A stretch of DNA of 64,000 nucleotides, from positions 4,117 through 68,116 of the forward strand of contig JAWCLO010000010.1 in assembly GCA_038850735.1 (NCBI GenBank). The letters are read 5' to 3'. Every line of letters starts with the position of its first letter. The stretch's first letter is position 1. A program made the translations under genes and the position numbers. The notes under the pieces were generated by a model that was not told the DNA's origin, ran no database searches, and saw nothing but the letters and a program-made list of their open reading frames with translations. The DNA is from Methanomassiliicoccales archaeon (GTDB lineage: Archaea > Thermoplasmatota > Thermoplasmata > Methanomassiliicoccales > JACIVX01). Shown piece after piece: positions 1 through 9,852 of this stretch.

Positions 1-129
1 GAGCAGATAAAAGATAAATACGGTACGTTTCAGAAAGGTCTATCTGCGGATATAACAACGTCTCAAAAAGAACGTTCACCGTATTATTTCTGGAACGAGC
101 ATTACGATCAGGACCAGATGTTTTTCTAG
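1..129 (+). CDS. Possible C-terminal fragment of an unidentified CDS entering from upstream of the window
   Basis: Frame 1 is open from base 1 for 42 codons and ends at TAG 127-129. No recognisable motif. Too short for the ORF track. Confidence 0.3.
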   Translation, partial: EQIKDKYGTFQKGLSADITTSQKERSPYYFWNEHYDQDQMFF

Positions 130-572
130 AGAAACAGTTGCATCTTATAAGCGCTTTCTCCATCAGAATAATATCCTGATATTTCCCCCGAGATTTCAAA
201 TCCGAGCTTTTTATATAGATTGATCGCGACGAGGTTGCTTTTTCTAACTTCAAGGGAAATACACCGAATTCCGCTGACTGCACATACTGAACGGAATTCA
301 TTTAAAAGCATTGTACCAAGACCTTTTCTCCTGAGATCTCTTCTCACCACCAACATGAGTATCCGCGCTTCTATTTTTGTGATATTGAGGCCAAGAATAA
401 AACCCAAAACCTTCCCGGATTCTTCGGCGATTATAAAACCGTCGGGCCAGTAAGAATGTATATTTAGGAATAAGTCAGGTGAATAGCGTTCTCTCAATTC
501 GGTGCAAGCAAGATCGTACACTTCTCTGAGATCTGTAATGGAGAAGCGTCTCAGTTTCAACAACTGAATCAT
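126..572 (-). CDS. rimI: GNAT-family N-acetyltransferase (RimI / N-terminal acetyltransferase-like)
   Basis: Acetyl-CoA binding motif VVRRDLRRKGLGTMLL and C-terminal NLYKKLGF. I chose the ATG at 570-572 (MIQLLKL...), which lies 1 nt after the stop of the upstream gene. The start at 689 in the ORF track would overlap that gene by 116 nt. Confidence 0.8.
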   Translation of the reverse strand: MIQLLKLRRFSITDLREVYDLACTELRERYSPDLFLNIHSYWPDGFIIAEESGKVLGFILGLNITKIEARILMLVVRRDLRRKGLGTMLLNEFRSVCAVSGIRCISLEVRKSNLVAINLYKKLGFEISGEISGYYSDGESAYKMQLFL

Positions 573-573
573 A

Positions 574-2706
574 TCATCTATTCCGCTTAATTTTTTTGCA
601 GATTGCAAGAAGACTACCACAAGAAAATACTGCCACAATGATCTTAAGGATCCAGTCTGCGAAAATATGATTTTCTGGTATTGTTGCATTCACTAGGATC
701 GTGACGTTAGCGCTATTTCCATATGCATCGATGACAGTAAGTAGAATAAGATGTCTTCCCGGCTCGAAGGCAACAGGCCACTTTGCGCCCTGCCATTCGA
801 TGCTGCCATCCATATTGAGGTCCCAAAGATATTTGTCAATCCAAGAATTATCATGGGAATTCGATGCATCCATTATTAAGTAGACACCTGCAGTGATGTT
901 CAAGTATGCTCCATTGGTCACTATCACTGGGGGATACGGATCGATGTTCCAGTCTTCCCAAAAGATTTTTGCAAAAAAATCAGCAACTTCTTTTGATTCG
1001 ATAATAGCGCCAACCTCTCTGTTGTCGAAAAAGGAGTTGTTTACCCAGTTCATGCTCGATACCACAACATAATCATCCACGACCATTCCTTTATTGTGAA
1101 GCACCGTGAATCCGTGGTATGGCGATAGCGCCCTAGCCTCAAAATCGCAATAGGACGAATTTGCGAACTCATTGAGTTTTTCGATGATCAACGCGTGATT
1201 TCCTGGGATAACGTAATTAAACCAGGATGCGTCAAGAAGGATCCTTACATGCACTCCCCGTAATGCCGCATCTTTCAAGGCATAGATGATCTCACTATTT
1301 TGTAACCATGATAATTCGCAAGAAAATTGTTCGACAAGAATTCTCGATCTTGCATTTTTGATCAGGTTTATTAACAATGGTATAGTAAAGTCTGGAGAGA
1401 TCAGAGGTTGAATCTCTCCTCTAAATACTTGGATCTTTTCAAGTTTGCTTATGTCATCAATAGATCTAAAGCCTTCATCGACTGTTTTTGGATGATCATC
1501 TAATTCATCAATCTCTTTACCAAGGAACTCCGATGCGTCTAGGATATCGAGACTTGAAAGTCGAAAATCTTCCTCAAAAACGGTGGAGAAATAGGCTGCA
1601 ATGGATCGATTCTCAATGACAACTCCCCATCCTCTGTTCTTATCAAGCCCTTCAGTTACCCAATTGTCCGACATGATTAAGACTCTTCTGCTATCGAGAA
1701 CTGCATACTTGCAGTGAAGAAATCTATAGCGTTTGTAGCCATCAACAGAAAATAGAAGGTGGATTTCTGCACCGGCTTTTGAAAGATAAGAGATATAATT
1801 TCGTGCTTCACTCGACAAGCCTCCGACAGGCTGTCCTTCGAGTAAGATCGACACATTGACCCCTCTCTCAAGGCAATTTCGTAACTCACTGATTATTAGG
1901 GGGTCATCCATCATATAGAGAGCTATTTTGACAGATTCCACTGAAAATTGTAACTCTCTGATGATGCGTATTCTTGCATGTTCAGGCGATGTAAAGGGCT
2001 CGATGTTCGCATCGCATTGAAAGGGAATGAAAGACGATCTTCCAGGAGAACTGCATTTCCAGTCTCTTGAAGTATTTGTATCCTGCAACCCATTATTTCG
2101 CACCAGGACCTCCCGTTTACCGCATGTATTTACCGGTTCGCCTGCCCAACCTTGATCTTGGTAATGAGAATCTCCATAAATGATAGCATCGATGATATTT
2201 CCATAAGCATCAAGGAGCAAAACCTCGTCTCCAGTATCGGCCAATTGAAATCGTCCAGAAGCCTTTAACACTTCCTTACCTATTTCCATAATCTTTTTTG
2301 ATGGATATACTGATTCAATTAGAGTCTTATTCTGCGTTACAATAATTTCCTCGCCCTCTTTGAGAACTGTATTGGTTATGAAGATCAATTTTCCTTCGTT
2401 ATCCGTTATTGACCAGTTTTGGATCGAAAGATTGTCGCAAAAAATCTTTATGACGACATACTCACAAAGAAACGAAGGTGCAATTTCTATCAATAGAGAA
2501 GGAAGCTCAAAGGGATTTTTCATGTGAGAGCCAGTCGCATTTTGGGTGTTGATGGTTAAGAATGTTTGATCTAATTCCGATGTTGAAATTTCATGAGCAT
2601 TACCAAGAGGAACAATCAGTATTTGCTCTGCAGGAGATGATGAGAGGCCAAAAACCATAAGGGGGAGGAGGACAGAGGTGATAGCACTCTTCAGGCCTCT
2701 CATCAT
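574..2706 (-). CDS. Exported, membrane-anchored phospholipase-D-superfamily protein: signal peptide, lamin-tail-like domain, two HKD domains, PKD-like domain, C-terminal TM helix
   Basis: Two HKD motifs (LHCKYAVLDSRRVLIMSDNW and LHNKGMVVDDYVVVSSMNW). The N-terminus is hydrophobic (ITSVLLPLMVFGLSS). LTD-like segments are NLSIQNWSITDNEGKL and LADTGDEVLLLDAYGNIIDAIIYG. The C-terminus has a hydrophobic anchor followed by KKIKRNR. Confidence 0.8.
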   Translation of the reverse strand: MMRGLKSAITSVLLPLMVFGLSSSPAEQILIVPLGNAHEISTSELDQTFLTINTQNATGSHMKNPFELPSLLIEIAPSFLCEYVVIKIFCDNLSIQNWSITDNEGKLIFITNTVLKEGEEIIVTQNKTLIESVYPSKKIMEIGKEVLKASGRFQLADTGDEVLLLDAYGNIIDAIIYGDSHYQDQGWAGEPVNTCGKREVLVRNNGLQDTNTSRDWKCSSPGRSSFIPFQCDANIEPFTSPEHARIRIIRELQFSVESVKIALYMMDDPLIISELRNCLERGVNVSILLEGQPVGGLSSEARNYISYLSKAGAEIHLLFSVDGYKRYRFLHCKYAVLDSRRVLIMSDNWVTEGLDKNRGWGVVIENRSIAAYFSTVFEEDFRLSSLDILDASEFLGKEIDELDDHPKTVDEGFRSIDDISKLEKIQVFRGEIQPLISPDFTIPLLINLIKNARSRILVEQFSCELSWLQNSEIIYALKDAALRGVHVRILLDASWFNYVIPGNHALIIEKLNEFANSSYCDFEARALSPYHGFTVLHNKGMVVDDYVVVSSMNWVNNSFFDNREVGAIIESKEVADFFAKIFWEDWNIDPYPPVIVTNGAYLNITAGVYLIMDASNSHDNSWIDKYLWDLNMDGSIEWQGAKWPVAFEPGRHLILLTVIDAYGNSANVTILVNATIPENHIFADWILKIIVAVFSCGSLLAICKKIKRNR

Positions 2707-2885
2707 AAGAGAAAAACATCTCTCATGTATAAACGAAAAATCTCTACAATTAGTATATGCTTCCGCTCGGTGAGAACAATTCTATCCTAATTATATAAAA
2801 AATTTGTCGCTATGAAACGATAGCGTGAAAACGAGAATGAATTTGATGAAAGGTTGAATAGGTCTTTGTTAGTCGCTGATGGTTT

Positions 2886-3566
2886 CTAGATGTACTTTAA
2901 CAAATCCTCCAGAGTCCTCCTGATGTCTTTCGATTTTATGATTCCAGATGCAAGGAGTACTCCATCTGCTCCTAACTCAATTGCCCTTTTAACGTCCTTC
3001 CCAGTTTTCACGCCCGCCCCACAAAACACTGGAATTTGTTCATCCACTTTTCTCACCGATTCGACAGCTTTCGTTACGACGTCTGGTTTTGCAGTTGTGA
3101 CAGAGACATTGCCGCCTATGAGCTGTGGTGGCTCTACGGCAATAAAATCTGGCCTGAAAAAAGCAATTGCACCAGCCGTTTCGGCAGAATCAGCGCAAGC
3201 GACGCTCTGCAGGCTTATCTCGTTACATATTGAAATTGCCTTCGCAAGGTCTGATAAAATCATTCTTCTTTCTGAATGGTTGAGTAATGTCCCCGCTCCG
3301 CCTGCTGCCTTAATAGACGACGGAGTAATTCTACCAGTCTGGGCACCGGCATCCAATGGATCGGCGTGCTGAGATAATACGGGTATATTAACTCGGTCGG
3401 CAATCATCGAGAGCTCTACTATTGGCGGGCAAACGCTGATGCAAACCCCGGTATTCTTTGAGACATCTTCGCAAATTTCCGCTATAAAAAGTGCGTTCTT
3501 TCCCTCGGCTTCTGAATATGATTTGAAGTTCACTATGACTGCAGGCGTCGAAATTTTAATCGACAT
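2886..3566 (-). CDS. tpiA: Triosephosphate isomerase, short archaeal type
   Basis: VNFKSY, LNHSERR and AVEPPQLIGG motifs. The 226-aa length is typical of archaeal TIM. The start overlaps the fbp stop by 11 nt. Confidence 0.92.
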   Translation of the reverse strand: MSIKISTPAVIVNFKSYSEAEGKNALFIAEICEDVSKNTGVCISVCPPIVELSMIADRVNIPVLSQHADPLDAGAQTGRITPSSIKAAGGAGTLLNHSERRMILSDLAKAISICNEISLQSVACADSAETAGAIAFFRPDFIAVEPPQLIGGNVSVTTAKPDVVTKAVESVRKVDEQIPVFCGAGVKTGKDVKRAIELGADGVLLASGIIKSKDIRRTLEDLLKYI

Positions 3567-4710
3567 CTATCATCCTGTCCTTCAGTTTCTTCAGAACAGA
3601 AGGTCTTGTAGTGTATTCCATTTCTTCTGGCGAAAGTATACCCGGCATAAACGGGCCGTGACCTCTCATGTAAATGCTTGCTTTTATGGCACGCCTTCTT
3701 GCCTCATCCCATACACTCCCAGCAAAGTAATCCACTGGTATATGTGCACCTGGTGGCGAACCCGGGTCTTCAAGTCCCTGAAATCTCCCGTTGTTTATTT
3801 GGAATCCAAGGCAAACTATACGAGGGGGTCCATCAAAAAAGGATGGATCCGAATCGTCAACAGAACATGGATACCATGCACCGTGATGAGAGCCTCTCAT
3901 CCATCCGGCAACGAGCTGAGGGAACATGAAGGGCTGTAGAACTTCCCCAACGGCTGGCAAACCGCTCTGACAGCGTACTATCATGACAGGATCGTCTTTC
4001 CCGATGTATTTGCCAGCAGCGAAATTGAGTTTCTCAGTACTAACTACTGCTGCAATACCTATTTCTTCCAATTTGCTGAATACGCGCTTGATGGCGTATC
4101 TTGTGGTATCGCCAAGTAGGCTGAGAATGTCATAGCTTTCCTCTGGAGCACTCATCACGATCTTTTTTGATTCACAAACATCAACAATCTCAAAGCGAAA
4201 TCCCATGTGCGCTCTTGGATCTATTACTAGCCCCGTCGTTGAAAATGGATCCATAAATATTCTTGTCAACGGAAGAGAAAAAGCTGACGGTTCTGTCTTA
4301 TCTGCCATGAAAAAAAGAATAGGCTCAGAAACTCTCTCGATGAATTCCATTTCTGCAGCGCCTGGTCCAGCCCCCCTCACATTGCCACTAAAAGCGTCTT
4401 TCAATATATCTTGCCCAGCTGCGTAGAGTTTCATATTCTTCGCAACCTTTGAGGCTGCTTGAAAGGCATCCCATGCGAGGCCGTGAACTTCTCGATTGTT
4501 CTCACCCTTTCGATGACTCATGAATAAGTTGATATCGTCCCCAACCCTGGTAACAAAAAAATCCTCTATTACCCCGCTTTCAACTCCAGTTTTTAGTATC
4601 TCATGGCATTTTTCCATCATCTTCGGGTGGGGGCGTGAATGGCCGGCAACTGATCCTACATCGGCTTTGATAACAGAAATAGTCACTTTGTCTGTCATTT
4701 TTGATCCCAA
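3556..4710 (-). CDS. fbp: Fructose-1,6-bisphosphate aldolase/phosphatase (class V FBPase)
   Basis: N-terminal signature ISVIKADVGSVAGHSRPHP and a 384-aa length typical of the archaeal bifunctional enzyme. Confidence 0.92.
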   Translation of the reverse strand: MGSKMTDKVTISVIKADVGSVAGHSRPHPKMMEKCHEILKTGVESGVIEDFFVTRVGDDINLFMSHRKGENNREVHGLAWDAFQAASKVAKNMKLYAAGQDILKDAFSGNVRGAGPGAAEMEFIERVSEPILFFMADKTEPSAFSLPLTRIFMDPFSTTGLVIDPRAHMGFRFEIVDVCESKKIVMSAPEESYDILSLLGDTTRYAIKRVFSKLEEIGIAAVVSTEKLNFAAGKYIGKDDPVMIVRCQSGLPAVGEVLQPFMFPQLVAGWMRGSHHGAWYPCSVDDSDPSFFDGPPRIVCLGFQINNGRFQGLEDPGSPPGAHIPVDYFAGSVWDEARRRAIKASIYMRGHGPFMPGILSPEEMEYTTRPSVLKKLKDRMIDVD

Positions 4711-4840
4711 TCCTCTGAACCAGAATCGCAGATACCTCTAATAAAATATTTGCATGATGCAAGATTTTATTTGCAATCACGTCAAAAAGAAAAGGGAAAT
4801 AGAAAACCAAGCTGTGCCAAAAAATGTTGAGCGAAGCGAT

Positions 4841-5092
4841 TCAGTCTTCTAATACAATTATCGCATTCACAGGGCATGCTTCTGCTGCCCTCTTTGCGCA
4901 TTCTTTAAGATCTTCAGGAATGACGCCTTGTCCAGGCTCTCCTGATCGATATTTCTCTTGGACATCAGATTGACCATCATCTCCTTCAACAAAGACCTCA
5001 GGACATTCTTCGTTATAGCAGAGTCCGCAACCAGTACACTCTTCTCTATCAATATCAACTTTCGGACACATGAGTGCCTTATTTGATCGCAA
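4841..5092 (-). CDS. Single-cluster [4Fe-4S]/[3Fe-4S] ferredoxin
   Basis: CTGCGLC followed by a distal CPVNAI motif. The real start may be the internal ATG at 5071 (MCPKVDID...). Confidence 0.8.
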   Translation of the reverse strand: MRSNKALMCPKVDIDREECTGCGLCYNEECPEVFVEGDDGQSDVQEKYRSGEPGQGVIPEDLKECAKRAAEACPVNAIIVLED

Positions 5093-5237
5093 TTGTAATA
5101 TTATTTTCGGTCATCTCTTCGATGCTTGGTGTTTTGAACGGCGCCTTGATTCATCATCCGAAACTAGACGTTAACCAAGTCGCCCACGATCTCCATGATT
5201 TATATATCTCTCGCGTGCTTTTCCCGAAGGAATTACC

Positions 5238-6557
5238 ATGGTTGCAACAAATTCTGAGAGGAATTCAAAGACGATTACGACGGAAGACTTTGGAAAGGAA
5301 GTGATCGTAAAAGGCTGGGTTCAAGAGATCAGAAATCTTGGTGGTATCTCTTTTGTCATCTTGAGGGATAGATACGGTCTCATTCAAATTACCATTCATA
5401 AGAAGAGTACCCCTCTATATCTATACGAAGCTCTCACAACAGTTCCTCGGGAATCAGTAATCCTTGTATCTGGAATAGTAAAAGAAAGCAAACAGGCAAA
5501 AAAGGGATACGAAATTATTCCGAAAAACTGCAAAATTCTCAGTGAAGCAAGAACTCCATTACCTCTTGGTGTGGTCGATAAGGTCAATGTTGAAGTGGAA
5601 ACACGATTTAACAATAGGCATCTTGATTTAAGAAAACCAGAAATACGAGCCATTTTTGAAATTAAATCTATTGTGTTACGGAAAATAGACGAGTTCTTAA
5701 AAAGTAGAGATTTTGTTGAAGTATTCACTCCAAAAATAGTGGCCTCTGGCGCTGAAGGTGGTGCTACATTATTCCCAGTCCAGTACTTCGAAAAAAAAGC
5801 ATATCTTGCTCAGAGTCCGCAACTCTATAAACAAATGTTGATGGCAACAGGGCTTGATCGTGTGTATGAGATTGCACCAGCCTTTCGCGCAGAACCTTCT
5901 GATACTATAAGGCACGTCTCTGAATTCGTGAGTTTTGATGGGGAAATGGCATTCATCGAATCGCAACGAGACGTTCTCGACATGATTGAGGGTTGCCTGC
6001 AGCACGTAATCTCTGGTGTAATCGAATCATGCGGGAATTTGCTGGATTTGATCGGTTGCGCTGTCACATTACCAAGATCGCCTTATCCAGTAGTGACGTA
6101 TTCACAAGCCGTCGATATGCTCTCATCTGAGGGAATGAATGTCGAGGAGGGTGAGGATCTTGGTACTGAAGGCGAGAAGTTACTCGGCGAAATTATGATG
6201 GCCAAAGGCTACGAAATGTACTGGATAATCGAGTATCCTGAGAAGTCAAAACCATTTTACATCATGGAAAAAGAAGGTACGGTTTTCTCTCATTCATTTG
6301 ATCTTGATTACAAAGGACAAGAAATTGCATCCGGAGGACAGCGAGAGCACAGATATCCAAAGCTCATCGAGCGCATGGAGAAGAAAGGACTTAACATATC
6401 TTCTTTTGACTTCTACTTAAGTGCATTTGCCTATGGAATGCCTCCTCACGGTGGCTGGGGGTTGGGCCTTGAGCGATTCGTGCAAAAAATGCTGAACTTA
6501 TCAAATATAAGAGAGGCGATCTTATTCCCACGAGACCGGAATCGTTTATCTCCATGA
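5238..6557 (+). CDS. aspS: Aspartyl-tRNA synthetase, archaeal type (class IIb)
   Basis: QSPQLYKQ, FRAEPSDTIRHVSEF (motif 2) and GGWGLGLERF (motif 3). Length is 439 aa. Confidence 0.9.
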   Translation: MVATNSERNSKTITTEDFGKEVIVKGWVQEIRNLGGISFVILRDRYGLIQITIHKKSTPLYLYEALTTVPRESVILVSGIVKESKQAKKGYEIIPKNCKILSEARTPLPLGVVDKVNVEVETRFNNRHLDLRKPEIRAIFEIKSIVLRKIDEFLKSRDFVEVFTPKIVASGAEGGATLFPVQYFEKKAYLAQSPQLYKQMLMATGLDRVYEIAPAFRAEPSDTIRHVSEFVSFDGEMAFIESQRDVLDMIEGCLQHVISGVIESCGNLLDLIGCAVTLPRSPYPVVTYSQAVDMLSSEGMNVEEGEDLGTEGEKLLGEIMMAKGYEMYWIIEYPEKSKPFYIMEKEGTVFSHSFDLDYKGQEIASGGQREHRYPKLIERMEKKGLNISSFDFYLSAFAYGMPPHGGWGLGLERFVQKMLNLSNIREAILFPRDRNRLSP

Positions 6558-6682
6558 TAGAACAGCTTAGATATCTGATTCTCCAATTGCCCAATGTAAA
6601 AGGCTTTCTCCGAGTAGGTAGGGTTCAAGGGGTCTGATTGGATTACCGCAATCATAGGTGGTTTGACTTGCTTCACGCCAAT

Positions 6683-7894
6683 ATGTTGCATAGATTTCTT
6701 TTAAGAATCAAATATAAATTGGCAGCGATCAAACCCGAGAAGAGAGCAGTAACAATTATTTTGATAGGTGTCATATATCTTGGCGGAATTATCGCCGTCG
6801 ACCAGCTTTTTCTAAGGTCGCATCTATCAGAAATCATCGGACCCCCGCCCGATGTGCCATACTATCGCGAGAGGACCCAACTTGTCCTGGATGGCGGATG
6901 GTTATATCGTGATCTTTGGTGCGAATCCCCGCCATTGATCGTCTATTTGATGATTCCCCCCCAGTTATTTGGAGGAGATGACTGGGTCTACGAAGTATAT
7001 TTTTCGCTGTTTCAGATTATCACAGCGCTTTCATTTTATTTTGGTTTGCGGAAGTGGGATGATTTCAAGGCCTTCTGCACAGCTTTGCTTTTTTACGCGG
7101 TACCGTATGAAACTGTCGAAGCGACATTCGGTATACAAGATGAGCCTGTAATCGTTTTTTTCTTCGTCATTTCATTGCTTTTCGCTCTTAATGGTCGTCT
7201 CAAGCTTGCTACAGCTTTGATGGTAATTGGCATCTGGACGAAAGTGTTTACGGCATTACTATATCCAGGTCTCTTTTTGAAGGCGAAGAATTGGAGGGAG
7301 AGGTTTATTCAGTTGACAATAATTATCGGAATCTCTATCAGTATTTCCCTTCCTTTTTTGATTGTTGCACCAGAACAATTCATCAATTTTCCGAGGTATT
7401 ATTCATTAGAAGGAGGTGCTGGTCCTGCTGGAGGACATAGTATATGGGCATTTCTAGTCTTGGCAGGACTTTCCATTTCACGGACTATTCTTCTCACAAT
7501 ATTCTCTGTCGCAATGATATGTGCATTTCTGTATGCGATCAAGAAGAATCTTGGTTTTCTGAAGACGACACTACTTTTTTCCTTTTTTTTCCTGATTTTC
7601 TATCCCCGCGCTTTAACCGGATATTACGTTTTTCCTATTGCAATACTGCTTATTTGGGCAGTTGATAACAGATATATTGCTCTTCGTTGTTTTATTGCAT
7701 ACATCCCACTTTTTGCTGCACTAGCTTTCACAAAAAATAATGTTTTGGGAACAGCTCTATTTGATTTCCAATACAATTGGATCATCGGGCTTACACTCGT
7801 TTTGATGGGATTAATGGTGCTGGGCGATGCGATTAGAAGAGCACTGAAGCTCGACCCCTTTCCCGAGAAAAATAATAACGACATTCTTCAATAG
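6683..7894 (+). CDS. Polytopic membrane protein, possible GT-C-fold glycosyltransferase
   Basis: About 11 hydrophobic segments with a conserved-looking acidic loop near the N-terminus. Family assignment is by general resemblance only. The first ATG is at 6683; the ORF track begins at a TTG at 6638. Confidence 0.45.
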   Translation: MLHRFLLRIKYKLAAIKPEKRAVTIILIGVIYLGGIIAVDQLFLRSHLSEIIGPPPDVPYYRERTQLVLDGGWLYRDLWCESPPLIVYLMIPPQLFGGDDWVYEVYFSLFQIITALSFYFGLRKWDDFKAFCTALLFYAVPYETVEATFGIQDEPVIVFFFVISLLFALNGRLKLATALMVIGIWTKVFTALLYPGLFLKAKNWRERFIQLTIIIGISISISLPFLIVAPEQFINFPRYYSLEGGAGPAGGHSIWAFLVLAGLSISRTILLTIFSVAMICAFLYAIKKNLGFLKTTLLFSFFFLIFYPRALTGYYVFPIAILLIWAVDNRYIALRCFIAYIPLFAALAFTKNNVLGTALFDFQYNWIIGLTLVLMGLMVLGDAIRRALKLDPFPEKNNNDILQ

Positions 7895-7938
7895 GGTTAA
7901 TCACGCAGAATTTATTATACGTCGGTGTGTGATGAATA

Positions 7939-8475
7939 ATGGCTGGTCGGCAGAAAGGAAATGAAATCGAAGATCAGTGCTATATTCCAGGTCCAGCCGA
8001 AGATGCTGATCACTATATTCAACATGGTGAAGACGAGGACTGCATTGAGTTCTTTGTATGTGGAGATCCAAAACCACAAGGAAGTACTCGCTCATATTAC
8101 TTGAAGAAAATCGACAAAGTTGTTACAATTCACGGCAACAAGGACACTCGAAGGTGGCAATTGAGGATTGCATCAGAGGCTCAGCATGCAAATGAGAGGA
8201 GAAATTTTTCATTTTATTCACCCGATCCGAACCTAGGTTATGAGGTCGAAGCAGAATTCATATTTCAACGGCCAAAAAGTCTTCCAAAAAAGATCAGTCT
8301 GAATACAAGAAGACCTGATGTCGACAAACTGGTGAGAACTGTTCTTGATGGACTTGCAAAGGTCTTGATTCCTGATGACTCTCAGGTCGTTGCGATCAGG
8401 ACGCTGAAACGCTACGCAGTTGAGAATGAATCTCCAGGAGTTCGAATTACTGTCAGGAGACTCAGACATCAGTAG
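7939..8475 (+). CDS. rusA: RusA-family crossover junction endodeoxyribonuclease homolog with an acidic N-terminal extension
   Basis: The RusA core motif [27 protein letters not shown] corresponds to E. coli RusA [38 protein letters not shown] block lies upstream of it. Confidence 0.75.
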   Translation: [178 protein letters not shown]

Positions 8476-8578
8476 GACGGAGCCCTGAGATCTGCACTCA
8501 TAGGGTTCATCACTTCCCACAAGGAATCAGCTGACCCTCTTCTCTTCATCTAGAATTTTTACCGTAGGCTCCGTCCTA
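8473..8578. repeat. 12-bp perfect inverted repeat (TAGGACGGAGCC / GGCTCCGTCCTA) separated by 82 nt
   Basis: Read directly: 8473-8484 is the reverse complement of 8567-8578. The left arm includes the rusA TAG stop. Confidence 0.6.
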
Positions 8579-8661
8579 TTATTTCGAAAGTCTTTTCATA
8601 TTTAGAAGTATTGTTTTTTCTGTTATAGCTAAGAGGATTTAGACTCTTTTTGTATAACTCT

Positions 8662-9852
8662 TCAATCAAGTAATCGCTTTTCCCCTTCAATTGCTTTAAT
8701 AGGTGCGATATCCTGTGTCACTTCCAGGCACCCGAGATACTCATTATTTTTGTCTCTCACTGCAATGTATTGAATGTAAACATATTTCTGCCCCATTCTA
8801 ATCCAGAATTTTGCCGAATCTCGAGACCCATTTCGGAAATCATTTAGAATCCTTTCAACAATGGAAACGCTCTTTTCTGGATGGCATTTCTGTACCTTGC
8901 GACCGATTATGGCTTTTGTTCTTGGAAAGATTCTATCAGGAGCTTGATTGAAATAGCGCACTGTGTCGTGATCATCAACGAATGTTATGTCGATGGGCAG
9001 ACTGTTCATGATCCCTTCGAGCTGTTTAATCGAGAGTGTGCCCGTTTCTAGCAGAATGTCAGTACCTCTGATCTCCGTCGTCGAAATTTTGCGTCCCCCT
9101 TCACCAATTGCATGTGAGGGGGTGAATGAGCAATATCCGAGTTCATCCATAGATTCCTTGATACGAACCCATTCTTCCGAATCGATTAATTTGAAAGCAG
9201 TTGGAAACAGGATATTTTCTTCCTTATAAAAATGGGAGTTTATTAAACCAGAAAGAGATTTTAGCATCGATTTCAACTCATCGATGTCCTGAGGCTCGGT
9301 GATTTCCTGCGAAACGAGATTCGATATCCTCTTAATCAAATCCCTCTGCTGGTCGTGTTCAGACCACATTACAGATGGAGGCTTGGTTACACCATGTTTC
9401 TCGATAACTGGGAACAGCGCGTTTTCTTCTCTTATTTTGTGTTTGTTATACTCCTTGAGATCCCCAATCAGCTTCCGCAAACGATTCATCGTGTCCTTTG
9501 AGTCTTTCAAGTTTTCAAGTGATGGGATTATTCTAGAAATCTCGTCGACCAAATCCCTGACGTATTTGTGCTCCTCAATGAGGATGAAGATGGGATGACC
9601 TGGTCCAACGATGGTCTTTTCTGGTGACATTTCTGCTGAAACAGCTAAATGCACATCGCATAGTTTTTCGATGTCTTCAAGGGGAATTCCTTCTTTAACC
9701 AGCGAGTCTTCGATAACGGAGATATCTCCTCTATCTACCTTGGCCAGTGCTTCCTTAAATTTCTCCTTAACCTCATTTGGAGTCTTTCCTCTTTTCAACT
9801 CCTCTATTATTTCTTTTATTATTCTTTTTGCCGCCTCATCTTTATCGCTCAT
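8662..9852 (-). CDS. DUF438 / hemerythrin-like / PAS-domain protein
   Basis: The architecture matches DUF438-family proteins: an N-terminal helical DUF438 region, His/Glu-rich hemerythrin-like repeats (HKIREENALFP, HFYKEENILFP) and a C-terminal PAS-like region. The start is taken at MSDKDEAAKR. Confidence 0.7.
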   Translation of the reverse strand: MSDKDEAAKRIIKEIIEELKRGKTPNEVKEKFKEALAKVDRGDISVIEDSLVKEGIPLEDIEKLCDVHLAVSAEMSPEKTIVGPGHPIFILIEEHKYVRDLVDEISRIIPSLENLKDSKDTMNRLRKLIGDLKEYNKHKIREENALFPVIEKHGVTKPPSVMWSEHDQQRDLIKRISNLVSQEITEPQDIDELKSMLKSLSGLINSHFYKEENILFPTAFKLIDSEEWVRIKESMDELGYCSFTPSHAIGEGGRKISTTEIRGTDILLETGTLSIKQLEGIMNSLPIDITFVDDHDTVRYFNQAPDRIFPRTKAIIGRKVQKCHPEKSVSIVERILNDFRNGSRDSAKFWIRMGQKYVYIQYIAVRDKNNEYLGCLEVTQDIAPIKAIEGEKRLLD

